A DNA stretch of 64,000 nt, taken from assembly GCA_964016885.1 (NCBI GenBank), contig OZ024744.1:28148001-28212000 (forward strand), read 5' to 3'. The notes under the pieces are model-generated. The model made no database searches. It saw nothing but the letters and a program-made list of their open reading frames with translations, and was not told where the DNA came from. The position numbers and the translations under genes were made by a program. Source of the DNA: Eledone cirrhosa (taxonomy: Eukaryota). This document shows, piece after piece, positions 47,801-61,700 of the stretch (positions within the stretch are counted from its first letter, which is position 1; each line of letters begins with the position of its first letter).

Positions 47801-49453
47801 ACAACAACAACAGTGACATTAACAGTTATAACAGCGACAACAACAACAACAACAGTGACCATAACAGTGATAACAGCGAGAACAACAACAACAACAATGA
47901 CAATAACAGTGATAACAGCGACAACAACAACAACAACAATGACAGTTGTAACAGCGACAACAACAACAGTGACAATAACAGTGATAACAGCGACAACAAC
48001 AACAACAACAATGACAATAACAGCGATAACAGCGACAACAACAACAACAGTGACAATAACAGTGATAACAGCGATAACAACAACAACAACAACGGTGACA
48101 ATAACAGTTATAACAGCGACAACAACAACAGCGACAACAACAACAACAATGACAATAACAGTGATAACAGCGACAACAACAACAACAGTGACAATAACAG
48201 CGATAACAGCGACAACAACAACAACAATGACAATAACAGTGATAACAGCGACAACCGCAACAACAACAGTGACAATAACAGTGATAACAGCGACAACAGC
48301 AGTGAAAATAACAGTGATAACAGCCAGAACAACAACAACGATCACGATGACAGTGATAACAGCGACAACAACAACAACAGTGACAATAACAGTGATAACA
48401 GCGACAACAACAACAACAGTGACAATTACAGTGATAACAGCGAGAACAACAACAACAACAGTGACAATAACAGTGATAACAGCGAGAACAACAACAACAA
48501 CAGTGACAATAACAGTTATAACAGCGACAATAACAACAACAATGACAATAACAGTGATAACAGCGACAACAACAACAACATCAATGACAATAACAGTGAT
48601 AAAAGCGACAACAACAACAACAGTGACAATAACAGTGATAACAGCGACAACAACAACAACATTGACAATAACAGTGATAACAGCGACATAAACAACAACA
48701 TTGACAATAACAGTGATAACAGCGACAATAACAACAACAATGACAATACCAGTGATAACAGCGACAGGAACAACAACAATAATGACAATAACAGTGATAA
48801 CAGCGAGAACAACAACAACAACAGTGACATTAACAGTTATAACAGCGACAACAGCAACAACAGTGACCATAACAGTGATAACAGCGAGAACAACAACAAC
48901 AACAATGACAATAACAGTTATAACAGCGACAACAACAACAACAACAATGACAGTTGTAACAGCGACAACAACAACAACAGTTACAATAACAGTTATAACA
49001 GCGACATCAACAGTGACAATAACAGTTATAACAGCGACAACAACAACAGTGACAATAACAGTGATGACAGCGACAACAACAACAACAACAATGACAATAA
49101 CAGCGATAACAGCGACAACAACAACAACAACAACAGTGATAACAGCGATAACAACAACAACAACAACAGTGACTATAACAGTTATAACAGCGACAACAAC
49201 AACAACAGCGACAACAACAAAAAAAACAATTACAATAACAGTGATAACAGTGACAACAACAACAACAACAGTGACAATTAGAGCGATAACAGCGACAACA
49301 ACAACAACAATGACAACAACAGTGATAACAGCGACAACCGCAACAACAACAGTGACAATAACAGTGATAATAGCGACAACAGCAGTGACAATAACAGTGA
49401 TAACAGCCAGAACAACAACAACGATCACGATGACAGTGATAACAGCGACAACA
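44894..49453 (+). repeat. 4,560-bp tandem duplication, copy 2
   Basis: Apparently identical to copy 1, including private variants (aaacagcggc, gactgtaac, actacaac, attagcag, tatcgac, gacataaac). Homology ends at 49490 (gcgag vs gcgac at 44931). Confidence 0.95.
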
Positions 49454-52400
49454 ACAACAACAACAGTGACAATAACAGTGATAACAGCGAGAACAACAAC
49501 AACAGCAGTGACAATAACAGTTATAACAGCGACAATAACAACAACAATGACAATAACAGTGATAACAGCGACAACACCAACAACAACATCAATGACAATA
49601 ACAGTGATAAAAGCGACAACAACAACAACAGTGACAATAACAGTGATAACAGCGACAACAACAACAACAACATTGACAATAACAGTGATAACAGCGACAA
49701 CAAGTACAACAGTGACATTAACAGTTATAACAGCGACAATAACAACAACAGTGACACTAAAAGTTATAACAGCTACAACAACAACTGACAATAACAGTGA
49801 CAACAGCGACAACAACAACAACAATGACAATAATAGTTATAGCAGCGACAACAACAACAACAACAACAGTAACTAATAACAGTTATATCACCGACAGCAA
49901 CAACAACAACAGTGACAATAACAGTTATAACAGCGACAACAACAGTGACAATAACAGTTATAACAGCGACAACAGCAGTGACAATAACAGTGATAACAGC
50001 CAGAACAACAACAACGACGATCACGATGACAGTGATAACAGCGACAACAACAACAACAACAGTGAGAATAACAGTTATAACAGCGACAACAACAGTCAAA
50101 AGAACAGTTATGACAGCGACAACAACAACAACAACAGTGACAATAACATTTATAACAGTGGCAACAACAACAGTGACAATAACAGTGATAACAGCGACAA
50201 CAACAAAAACAGTGACGATAACAGTGAAAACAGCGACAACAACAACAACAATGACAATAACAGTGATAACAGCGACAACAATGACAGTAACAGTTATAAC
50301 AGCGACAACAATGACAATAACAGTGATAACAGCGACAACAACAACAACTGTGACAATAACAGTGATAACAGCGACAACAACAACAGTGACAATAACAGTT
50401 ATAACAGGGACAACAACAACAACAGTGACAATAACAGTTATAACAGCGACAACAACAACAGTGACAATAACAGTTATAACAGCGACAACAACAACAACAT
50501 TGACAATAACAGTGATAACAGCGACAACAACAACAACATTGACAATAACAGTGATAACAGCGACAATAACAACAACAATGACCATACCAGTGATAACAGC
50601 GACAGGAACAACAACAATAATGACAATAACAGTGATAACAGCGAGAACAACAACAACAACAGTGACATTAACAGTTATAACAGCGACAACAGCAACAACA
50701 ATGACAATAACAGTTATAACAGCGACAACAACAACAACAACAACAACAATGACAGTTGTAACAGCGACAACAACAACAGTGACAATAACAGTTATAACAG
50801 CGACAACAACAGTGACAATAACAGTTATAACAGCGACAACAACAACAGTGACAATAACAGTGATAACAGCGACAACAACAACAACAACAATGACAATAAC
50901 AGCGATAACAGCGACAACAACAACAACAGTCACAACAACAGTGATAACAGCGATAACAACAACAACAACAACAGTGACCATAACAGTTATAACAGCGACA
51001 ACAACAACAACAGCGACAACAACAACAAAAACAATTACAATAACAGTGATAACAGTGACAACAACAACAACAACAGTGACAATTAGAGCGAAAACAGCGA
51101 CAACAACAACAACAATGACAACAACAGTGATAACAGCGACAACCGCAACAACAACAGTGACAATAACAGTGATAATAGCGACAACAGCAGTGACAATAAC
51201 AGTGATAACAGCCAGAACAACAACAACGATCACGATTACAGTGATAACAGCGACAACAACAACAACAACAACAGTGACAATAACAGTGATAACAGCGAGA
51301 ACAACAACAACAACAACAGCAGTGACAATAACAGTTATAACAGCGACAACAACAACAACAACAACAGTGACAATAACAGTGATAACAGCGAGAACAACAA
51401 CAACAACAGCAGTGACAATAACAGTGATAACAGCGACAACACCAACAACAACATCAATGACAATAACAGTGATAAAAGCGACAACAACAACAACAGTGAC
51501 AATAACAGTGATAACAGCGACAACAAGAACAACAGTGACATTAACAGTTATAACAGCGACAATAACAACAACAGTGACACTAAAAGTTATAACACCGACA
51601 ACAATAACTGACAATAACAGTGACAACAGCGACAACAACAACAACAACAATGACAATAATAGTTATAGCAGCGACAACAACAACAACAACAGTAACTAAT
51701 AACAGTTATATCACCGACAGCAACAACAACAGTGACAATAACAGTTATAACAGCGACAACAACAGTGACAATAACAGTGATAACAGCCAGAACAACAACA
51801 ACAACGATCACGATGACAGTGATAACAGCGACAACAACAACAACAACAACAACAGTGACAATAACAGTTATAACAGCGACAACAAAAACAAGGACAATAA
51901 TAGTTATAACAGCGAGAACAACAACAACAACAGTAAATAATAACAGTTATATCACCGACAGCAACAACAACAACAGTGACAATAACAGTTATAACAGCGA
52001 CAACAACAGTGACAATAACAGTTATAACAGCGACAACAGCAGTGACAATAACAGTGATAACAGCCAGAACAACAACAACAACGATCACGATGACAGTGAT
52101 AACAGCGACAACAACAACAACAACAGTGAGAATAACAGTTACAACAGCGACAACAACAACAGTCAAAAGAACAGTTATGTCAGCGACCACAACAACAACA
52201 GTGACAATAACATTTATAACAGTGACAACAACAACAGTGACAATAACAGTGATAACAGCGACAACAACAACAACAGTGACGATAACAGTGAAAACAGCGA
52301 AAACAACAACAACAATGACAATAACAGTGATAACAGCGACAACAATAACAACAACAGTGACAATAACATTGATAACAGTGACAACAACAACAGTGACAAT

Positions 52401-54799
52401 AACAGTGATAACAGCGACAACAACAGTGACGATAACAGGGAAAACAGCGACGACAACAACAACAACAATGACAATAACAGTGATAACAGGGACAACAATG
52501 ACAGTAACAGTTATAACAGCGACAACAATGACAATAACAGTGATAACAGCGACAACAACAACAACAGTGACAATAACAGTTATAACAGCGACAACAACAA
52601 CAACAGTGACAATAACAGTTATAACAGGGACAACAACAACAACAGTGACAATAACAGTTATAACAGCGACAACAACAACAGTGACAATAACAGTTATAAC
52701 AGCAACAACAGTGACAATAACAGTGATAACAGCGACAACAAAAACAACAGTGACAATAACATTTATAACAGTGACAACAACAACAACAGTGACAATAATA
52801 GTGATAGCAGCGACAACAACAACAACAGTGACAATAACAGTGATAACAGCGACAATAACAACAACAATTGCAATAACAGTGATAACAGCGCGAACAACAA
52901 CAACAACAGTGATATTAACAGTTATAACAGCGCTAACAACAACAACAGTGACCATAACAGTGATAACAGCGAGAACAACAACAACAATGACAATAACAGT
53001 GATAACAGCGACAACAACAACAACAACAACAATGACAGTTGTAACAGCGACAACCACAACAACAGTGAAAATAACAGTTATAACAGCGACAGCAACAGTG
53101 ACAATAACAGTGATAACAGCGACAACAACAACAACAGTGACGATAACAGTGAAAACAGCGACAACAACAACAACAATGACAATAACAGTGATAACAGCGA
53201 CAAAAATAACAACAACAGTGACAATAACATTTATAACAGTGACAACAACAACAGTGACAATAACAGTGATAACAGCGACAACAACAACAGTGACGATAAC
53301 AGTGAAAACAGCGACGACAACGACAACAACAATGACAATAACAGTGATAACAGGGACAACATTGACAGTAACAGTTATAACAGCGACAACAATGACAATA
53401 ACAGTGATAACAGCGACAACAACAACAACAGTGACAATAACAGTGATAACAGCGACAACAACAACAACAGTGACAATAACAGTTATAACAGCGAGAACAA
53501 CAACAACAACAACAACAACAGCAGTGACAATAACAGTTATAACAGCGACAATAACAACAACAATGACAATAACAGTGATAACAGCGACAACACCAACAAC
53601 AACATCAATGACAATAACAGTGATAAAAGCGACAACAACAACAACAGTGACAATAACAGTGATAACTGCGACAACAACAACATTGACAATAACAGTGATA
53701 ACAGCGACAACAAGAACAAGAGTGACATTAACAGTTATAACAGCGACAATAACAACAACAGTGACACTAAAAGTTATAACAGCGACAACAACAACTGACA
53801 ATAACAGTGACAACAGCGACAACAACAACAACAACAGTGACAATAACAGTGATAACAGCGACAACAACAACAGTGACAATAACCATGATAACAACGACAA
53901 CAACGACAACAACAGCGACAATAACAGTGATGACAACGACGACACCAACAACAACAACACAACAACGGTGACAATAACAGCGACAACAACAACAACAGCG
54001 ACAATAACACTGATCACAACGACAACAACAACAAAGACAACAGTGACAATAACAGTGATAACAACAACAACAACGACAACAACAACAGTGACAATAACAG
54101 CGACAACAACAACACCAGTGACAATAACAGTGATAACAGCGACAACAACAACAACAGTGTCGATAACAGTGATAACAGCTACAACAACAACAGCAACAAC
54201 AACAACAGTGACAATAACAATTATAACAGCGGCAACAACAACAACAGTGACAATAACAGTTATAACAGCGACAACAACAATAACAGTGACAATAACAGTG
54301 ATAACAGCGAGAACAACAACAACCACAGTGACAATAACAGTTATAACAGTGACAACAACAACAATGACATAAGAGTGATAACAGCGACAACAACAACAAT
54401 GACAATAACAGTTATAACAGCGACAACAACAACAACAGTGACAATAAGAGTGATAACAGAGACAACAACAACAACAATGCCAATAACAGTTATAACAGCG
54501 ACAACAACAACAGAACAATAAAAGTGATAACAGCGACAACAACAACAACAAAACAACAACAGTGACAATAACAGTGACAAAACAGCGACAACAACAAAAA
54601 CATAATGACAATAACAGTTATAACAGCGACAACAACAACAAGGACAATAATAGTTATAACAGCGAGAACAACAACAACAGTAACTAATAACAGTTATATC
54701 ACCGACAGCAACAACAACAACAGTGACAATAACAGTTATAACAGCGACAACAACAGTGACAATAACAGTTATAACAGCGACAACAGCAGTGACAATAAC

Positions 54800-55760
54800 A
54801 ATGATAACAGCCAGAACAACAACAACAACGATCACGATGACAGTGATAACAGCGAGAACAACAACAACAACAGTGAGAATAACAGTTATAACAGCGACAA
54901 CAACAACATTCAAAAGAACAGTTATGACAGCGAAAACAGCAACAACAACAATGACAATAACAGTGATTACAGCAACAACAACAACAACAGTGACAATAAC
55001 ATTTATAACAGTGACAACAACAACAGTGACAATAACAGTGATAACAGCGACAACAACAACAACAGTGACGATAACAGTGAAAACAGCGACAACAACAACA
55101 ACAATGACAATAACAGTGATAACAGCGACAACAATGACAGTAACAGTTATAACAGCGACAACAAAAACAACAACAATGAAAATAACAGTGATAACAGCGA
55201 CAACAACAACAACAGTGACAATAACAGTTATAACAGGGACAACAACAACAACAGTGAAAATAACAGTTATAACAGCGACAACAACAACAACAGTGACAAT
55301 AACAGTTATAACAGGGACAACAACAACAACAGTGACAATAACAGTTATAACAGCGACAACAACAACAACAGTGACAATAACAGTGATAACAGCGACAACA
55401 AAAACAACAGTGAGAATAACATTTATAACAGTGACAACAACAACAGTGACAATAACAGTGATAACAGCGACAACAACAACAAAAGTGACAATAACAGTAA
55501 TAACAGCGACAATAACAACAACAATGACAATAACAGTGATAACAGCGAGAACAACAACAACAGTGACATTAACAGTTATAACAGCGACAACAACAACAAC
55601 AGTGACCAGACCATAACAGTGATAACAGCAAGAACAACAACATCAACAATGACAATAACAGTGATAACAGCGACAACAACAACAACAACAACAATGACAG
55701 TTGTAACAGCGACAACAACAACAACAGTGACAATAACAGTTATAACAGCGACAACAACAG
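54800..55760 (+). repeat. About 1-kb block with a diverged copy at about 62480-63430
   Basis: Shared aacattcaaaagaac (54905/62584), gacagcgaaaac, gtgattacagcaac, aatgaaaataac and gaccagaccataac...agcaagaac (55604/63277). Confidence 0.78.
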
Positions 55761-58700
55761 TGACAATAACAGTGATAACAGCGACAACAACAACAACGAT
55801 CACGATGACAGTGATAACAGCGACAACAACAACAACAACAACAGTGAGAATAACAGTTATAACCGCAACAACAACAACAGTCAAAAGAACAGTTATGACA
55901 GCGACAACAACAACAACAGTGACAATAACATTTATAACAGTGACAACAACAACAGTGACAATAACAGTGATAACAGCGACAACAACAAAAACAGTGACGA
56001 TAACAGTGAAAACAGCGACAACAACAACAACAATGACAATAACAGTGATAACAGCGACAACAATAACAACAACAGTGATAATAACATTTATAACAGTGAC
56101 AACAACAACAGTGACAATAACAGTGATAACAGCGACAACAACAACAGTGACGATAACAGTGAAAACAGCGACGACGACAACAACAACAACAATGACAATA
56201 ACAGTGATAACAGGGACAACAATGACAGTAACAGTTATAACAGCGACAACAATGACAATAACAGTGATAACAGCGACAACAACAACAACAGTGACAATAA
56301 CATTGAAAACAGCGACATCAACAACAACAGTGACAATAACACTTATAACAGGGACAACAACAACAACAGTGACAATAACAGTTATAACAGCGACAACAAC
56401 AACAACTGTGACAATATCAGTGATAACAGCGACAACAAAAACAACAGTGACAATAACATTTATAACAGTGACAACAACAACAACAGTGACAATAACAGTG
56501 ATAACAGCGACAACAACAACAACAACAGTGACAATAACAGTGATAACAGCGACAATAACAACAACAATGGCAATAACAGTGATAACAGCGAGAACAACAA
56601 CAACAACAGTGACATTAACAGTTATAACAGCGACAACAACAACAACAGTGACCATAACAGTGATAACAGCGAGAACAACAACAATGACAATAACAGTGAT
56701 AACAGCGACAACAACAACAACAACAATGACAGTTGTGACAGCGACAAAAACAACAACAGTGACAATAACAGTTATAACAGCGACAACAACAGTGACAATA
56801 ACAGTGATGACAGCGACAACAACAACAACAATGACAATAACAGTGATAACAGCGACAACAACAACGACAGTGTCAATAACAGTGATAACAGCTACAACAA
56901 CAACAACAACAACAACAGTGACAATAACAGTTATAACAGCGACAACAACAACAAAAGTGACAATAACAGTGATAACATCGAGAACAACAACAACCACAGT
57001 GACAATAACAGTTATAACAGTGACAACAACAACAATGACAATAACAGTGATAACAGCGACAACAACAACAACAATGACAATAACAGTTATAACAGCGACA
57101 ACAACACCAATAACAACAACAGTTATAACAGCGACAACAACAACAACAACAGTGACAATAAGAGTGATAACAGAGACAACAACAACAACAATGCCAATAA
57201 CAGTTATAACAGCGACAACAACAACAGAACAATAAAAGTGATAACAGCGACAACAACAACAACAGTGACAACAACAGTTATAACAGCGACAACAACAAAA
57301 ACAACAATGACAATAACAGTTATAACAGCGACAACAACAACAACAAGGACAATAATAGTTATAACAGCGACAACAACAGTGACAATAACAGTTATAACAG
57401 CGACAACAGCAGTGACAATAACAGTGATAAGAGCCAGAACAACAACAACAACGATCACGATGACAGTGATAACAGCGACAACAACAACAACAGTGAGAAT
57501 AACAGTTATAACAGCGACAACAACAACAGTCAAAAGAACAGTTATGTCAGCGACAACAACAACAACAGTGACAATAACATTTATAACAGTGACAACAACA
57601 ACAGTGACAATAACAGTGATAACAGCGACAACAACAACAACAACAGTGACGATAACAGTGAAAACAGCGACAACAACAACAACAATGACAATAACAGTGA
57701 TAACAGCGACAACAATAACAACAACAGTGACAATAACATTGATAACAGTGACAACAACAACAGTGACAATAACAGTGATAACAGCGACAACAACAGTGAC
57801 GATAACAGTGAAAACAGCGACGACAACAACAACAATGACAATAACAGTGATAACAGGGACAACAATGACAGTAACAGTTATAACAGCGACAACAATGACA
57901 ATAACAGTGATAACAGCGACAACAACAACAACGGTGACAATAACAGTTATAACAGCGACAACAACAACAACAGTGACAATAACAGTTATAACAGGGACAA
58001 CAACAACAACAGTGACAATAACAGTTATAACAGCGACAACAACAACATTGACAATAACAGTTATAACAGCAACAACAGTGACAATAACAGTGATAACAGC
58101 GACAACAAAAACAACAGTGACAATAACATTTATAACAGTGACAACAACAACAACAGTGACAATAATAGTGATAACAGCGACAACAACAACAACAGTGACA
58201 ATAACAGTGATAACAGCGACAATAACAACAACAATGGTAATAACAGTGATAACAGCGCGAACAACAACAACAACAGTGACATTAACAGTTATAACAGCGC
58301 TAACAACAACAACAGTGACCATAACAGTGATAACAGCGAGAACAACAACAACAATGACAATAACAGTGATAACAGCGACAACAACAACAACAATGACAGT
58401 TATAACAGCGACAACCACAACAACAGTGACAATAACAGTTATAACAGCGACAACAACAGTGACAATAACAGTGATAACAGCGACAACAACAACAACAATG
58501 ACAATAACAGCGATAACAGCGACGACAACAACAACAGTGACAATAACAGTGATAACAGCGATAACAACAACAACAACAGTGACAATAACAGTGATAACAG
58601 CGACAACAACAACAACAAGAGTGATAACAGCGAGAACAACAACAACAACAGTGACAATAACAGTGATAACAGCGACAACAACAACAACAACATCAATGAC

Positions 58701-61700
58701 AATTACAGTGATAAAAGCGACAGCAACAACAACAGTGACAATAACAGTGATAACAGCGACAACAACAACAACATTGACAATAACAGTGATAACAGCGACA
58801 ACAACAACAACATTGACAATAACAGTGATAACAGCGACAATAACAACAACAATGACAATACCAGTGATAACAGCGACACGAACAACAACAATAATGAAAA
58901 TAACAGTGATAACAGCGAGAACAACAACAACAACAGTGACATTAACAGTAATAACAGCGACAACAACAACAACAAAAGTGACCCTAAGAGTGATAACAGC
59001 GACAACAACAACAATGACAGTTGTAACAGCGACAACAACAACAACAGTGACAATAACAGTTATAACAGCGACAACAACAGTGACAATAACAGTTATAACA
59101 GCGATAACAACAACAGTGACAATAACAGTGATAACAGCGACAACAACAACAACAATGACAATAACAGCGATAACAGCGACAACAACAACAACAACAACAG
59201 TCACAATAACAGTGATAACAGCGATAACAACAACAACAACAACAGTGACCATAACAGTTATAACAGCGACAACAACAACAGCGACAACAACAACAAAAAC
59301 AATTACAATAACAGTGATAACAGTGACAACAACAACAACAGTGACAATTAGAGCGATAACAGCGACAACAACAACAACAATGACAACAACAGCGATAACA
59401 GCGACAACCGCAACAACAACAGTGACAATAACAGTGATAACAGCGACAACAGCAGTGACAATAACAGTGATAACAGCGACAACAACAACAACAACAACAG
59501 TGACAATAACAGTGATAACAGCGACAACAACAACAACAACAATGACAATAACAGTGATAACAGCGACAACCGCAACAACAACAGTGATATTACAGTTATA
59601 ACAGCGACAAGAACAGTGACAATAACAGTGATAACAGCGACAACACCAACAACAACATCAATGACAATAACAGTGATAAAAGCGACAACAACAACAGTGA
59701 CAATAACAGTGATAACAGCGACAACAACAACATTGACAATAACATTGATAACAGCGAAAACACGAACAACAGTGACATTAACAGTTATAACAGCGACAAT
59801 AACAACAACAGTGACACTAAAAGTTATAACAGCGACAACAACTGACGATAACAGTGACAACAGCGACAACAACAACAACAACAATGACAATAATAGTTAT
59901 AGCAGCGACAACAACAACAACAAGAACAGTAACTAATAAGAGTTATATCACCGACAGCAACAACAACAACAGTGACAATAACAGTTATAACAGCGACAAC
60001 AACAGTGACAATAACAGTTATAACAGCGACAACAGCAGTGACAATAACAGTGATAACAGCCAGAACAACAACAACAACGATCACGATGACAGTGATAACA
60101 GCGACAACAACAACAACAGTGAGAATAACAGTTATAACAGCGACAACAACAACAGTCAAAAGAACAGTTATGACAGCGACAACAACAACAACAGTGACAA
60201 TAACATTTATAACAGTGACAACAACAGTGACAATAACAGTGATAACAGCGACAACAACAACAACAACAGTGACAATAACATTTATAACAGTGACAACAAC
60301 AACAGTGACAATAACAGTGATAACAGCGACAACAACAGTGACGATAACAGTGAAAACAGCGACAACAACAACAACAATGACAATAACAGTGATAACAGCG
60401 ACAAAAATAACAACAACAGTGACAATAACATTTATAACAGTGACAACAACAACAGTGACAATAACAGTGATAACACCGACAACAACAACAGTGACGATAA
60501 CAGTGAAAACAGCGACGACAACGACAACAACAATGACAATAACAGTGATAACAGGGACAACATTGACAGTAACAGTTATAACAGCGACAACAATGACAAT
60601 AACAGTGATAACAGCGACAACAACAACAACAGTGACAATAACAGTGATAACAGCGACAACAACAACAACAGTGACAATAACAGTTATAACAGCGAGAACA
60701 ACAACAACAACAACAACAACAGCAGTGACAATAACAGTTATAACAGCGACAATAACAACAACAATGACAATAACATTGATAACAGCGACAACACCAACAA
60801 CAACATCAATGACAATAACAGGGATAAAAGCGACAACAACAACAACAGTGACAATAACAGTGATAACAGCGACAACAACAACATTGACAATAACAGTGAT
60901 AACAGCGACAACAAGAACAAGAGTGACATTAACAGTTATAACAGCGACAATAACAACAACAGTGACACTAAAAGTTATAACAGCGACAACAACAACTGAC
61001 AATAACAGTGACAACAGCGACAACAACAACAACAACAGTGACAATAACAGTGATAACAGCGACAACATCAACAGTGACAATAACCATGATAACAGCGACA
61101 ACAACGACAACAACAGCGACAATAACAGTGATAACAGCGACAACAACAACAAAAGTGACAATAACAGTGATAACAGCGACAATAACAACAACAATGACAA
61201 TAACAGTGATAACAGCGAGAACAACAACAACAGTGACATTAACAGTTATAACAGCGACAACAACAACAGTGACCAGACCATAACAGTGATAACAGCAAGA
61301 ACAACAACATCAACAATGACAATAACAGTGATAACAGCGACAACAACAACAACAACAACAATGACAGTTGTAACAGCGACAACAACAACAACAGTGACAA
61401 TAACAGTTATAACAGCGACAACAACAGTGACAATAACAGTGATAACAGCGACAACAACAACAACAATGACAATAACAGCGATAACAGCGTCAAAAACAAC
61501 AACAACAGTGACCATAACAGTTATAACAGCGACAACAACAACAACAGCGACAACAGCAACAAAAACAATGACAATAACAGTGATGACAGCGACAACAACA
61601 ACAACCACAGTGACAATAACAGCGATAACAGCGACAACCGCAACAACAACAGTGACAATAACAGTGATAACAGCGACAACAGCAGTGAAAATAACAGTGA

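Noticed and set aside
19170-49490. Both recent duplication lengths (8,157 and 4,560) are multiples of 3, suggesting selection on reading frame
   Set aside because: The chance expectation is about 1 in 9, and frames are broken repeatedly inside the 8,157-bp unit.
39427-49830. 3,467-aa minus-strand Val-rich ORF, and the Cys-rich and Leu/Ser-rich minus-strand ORFs
   Set aside because: These are reverse-complement readings of (AAC)n as GTT, TGT or TTG. The length is inflated by the in-frame 4,560-bp duplication, and the products are not plausible membrane or metallothionein-like proteins.
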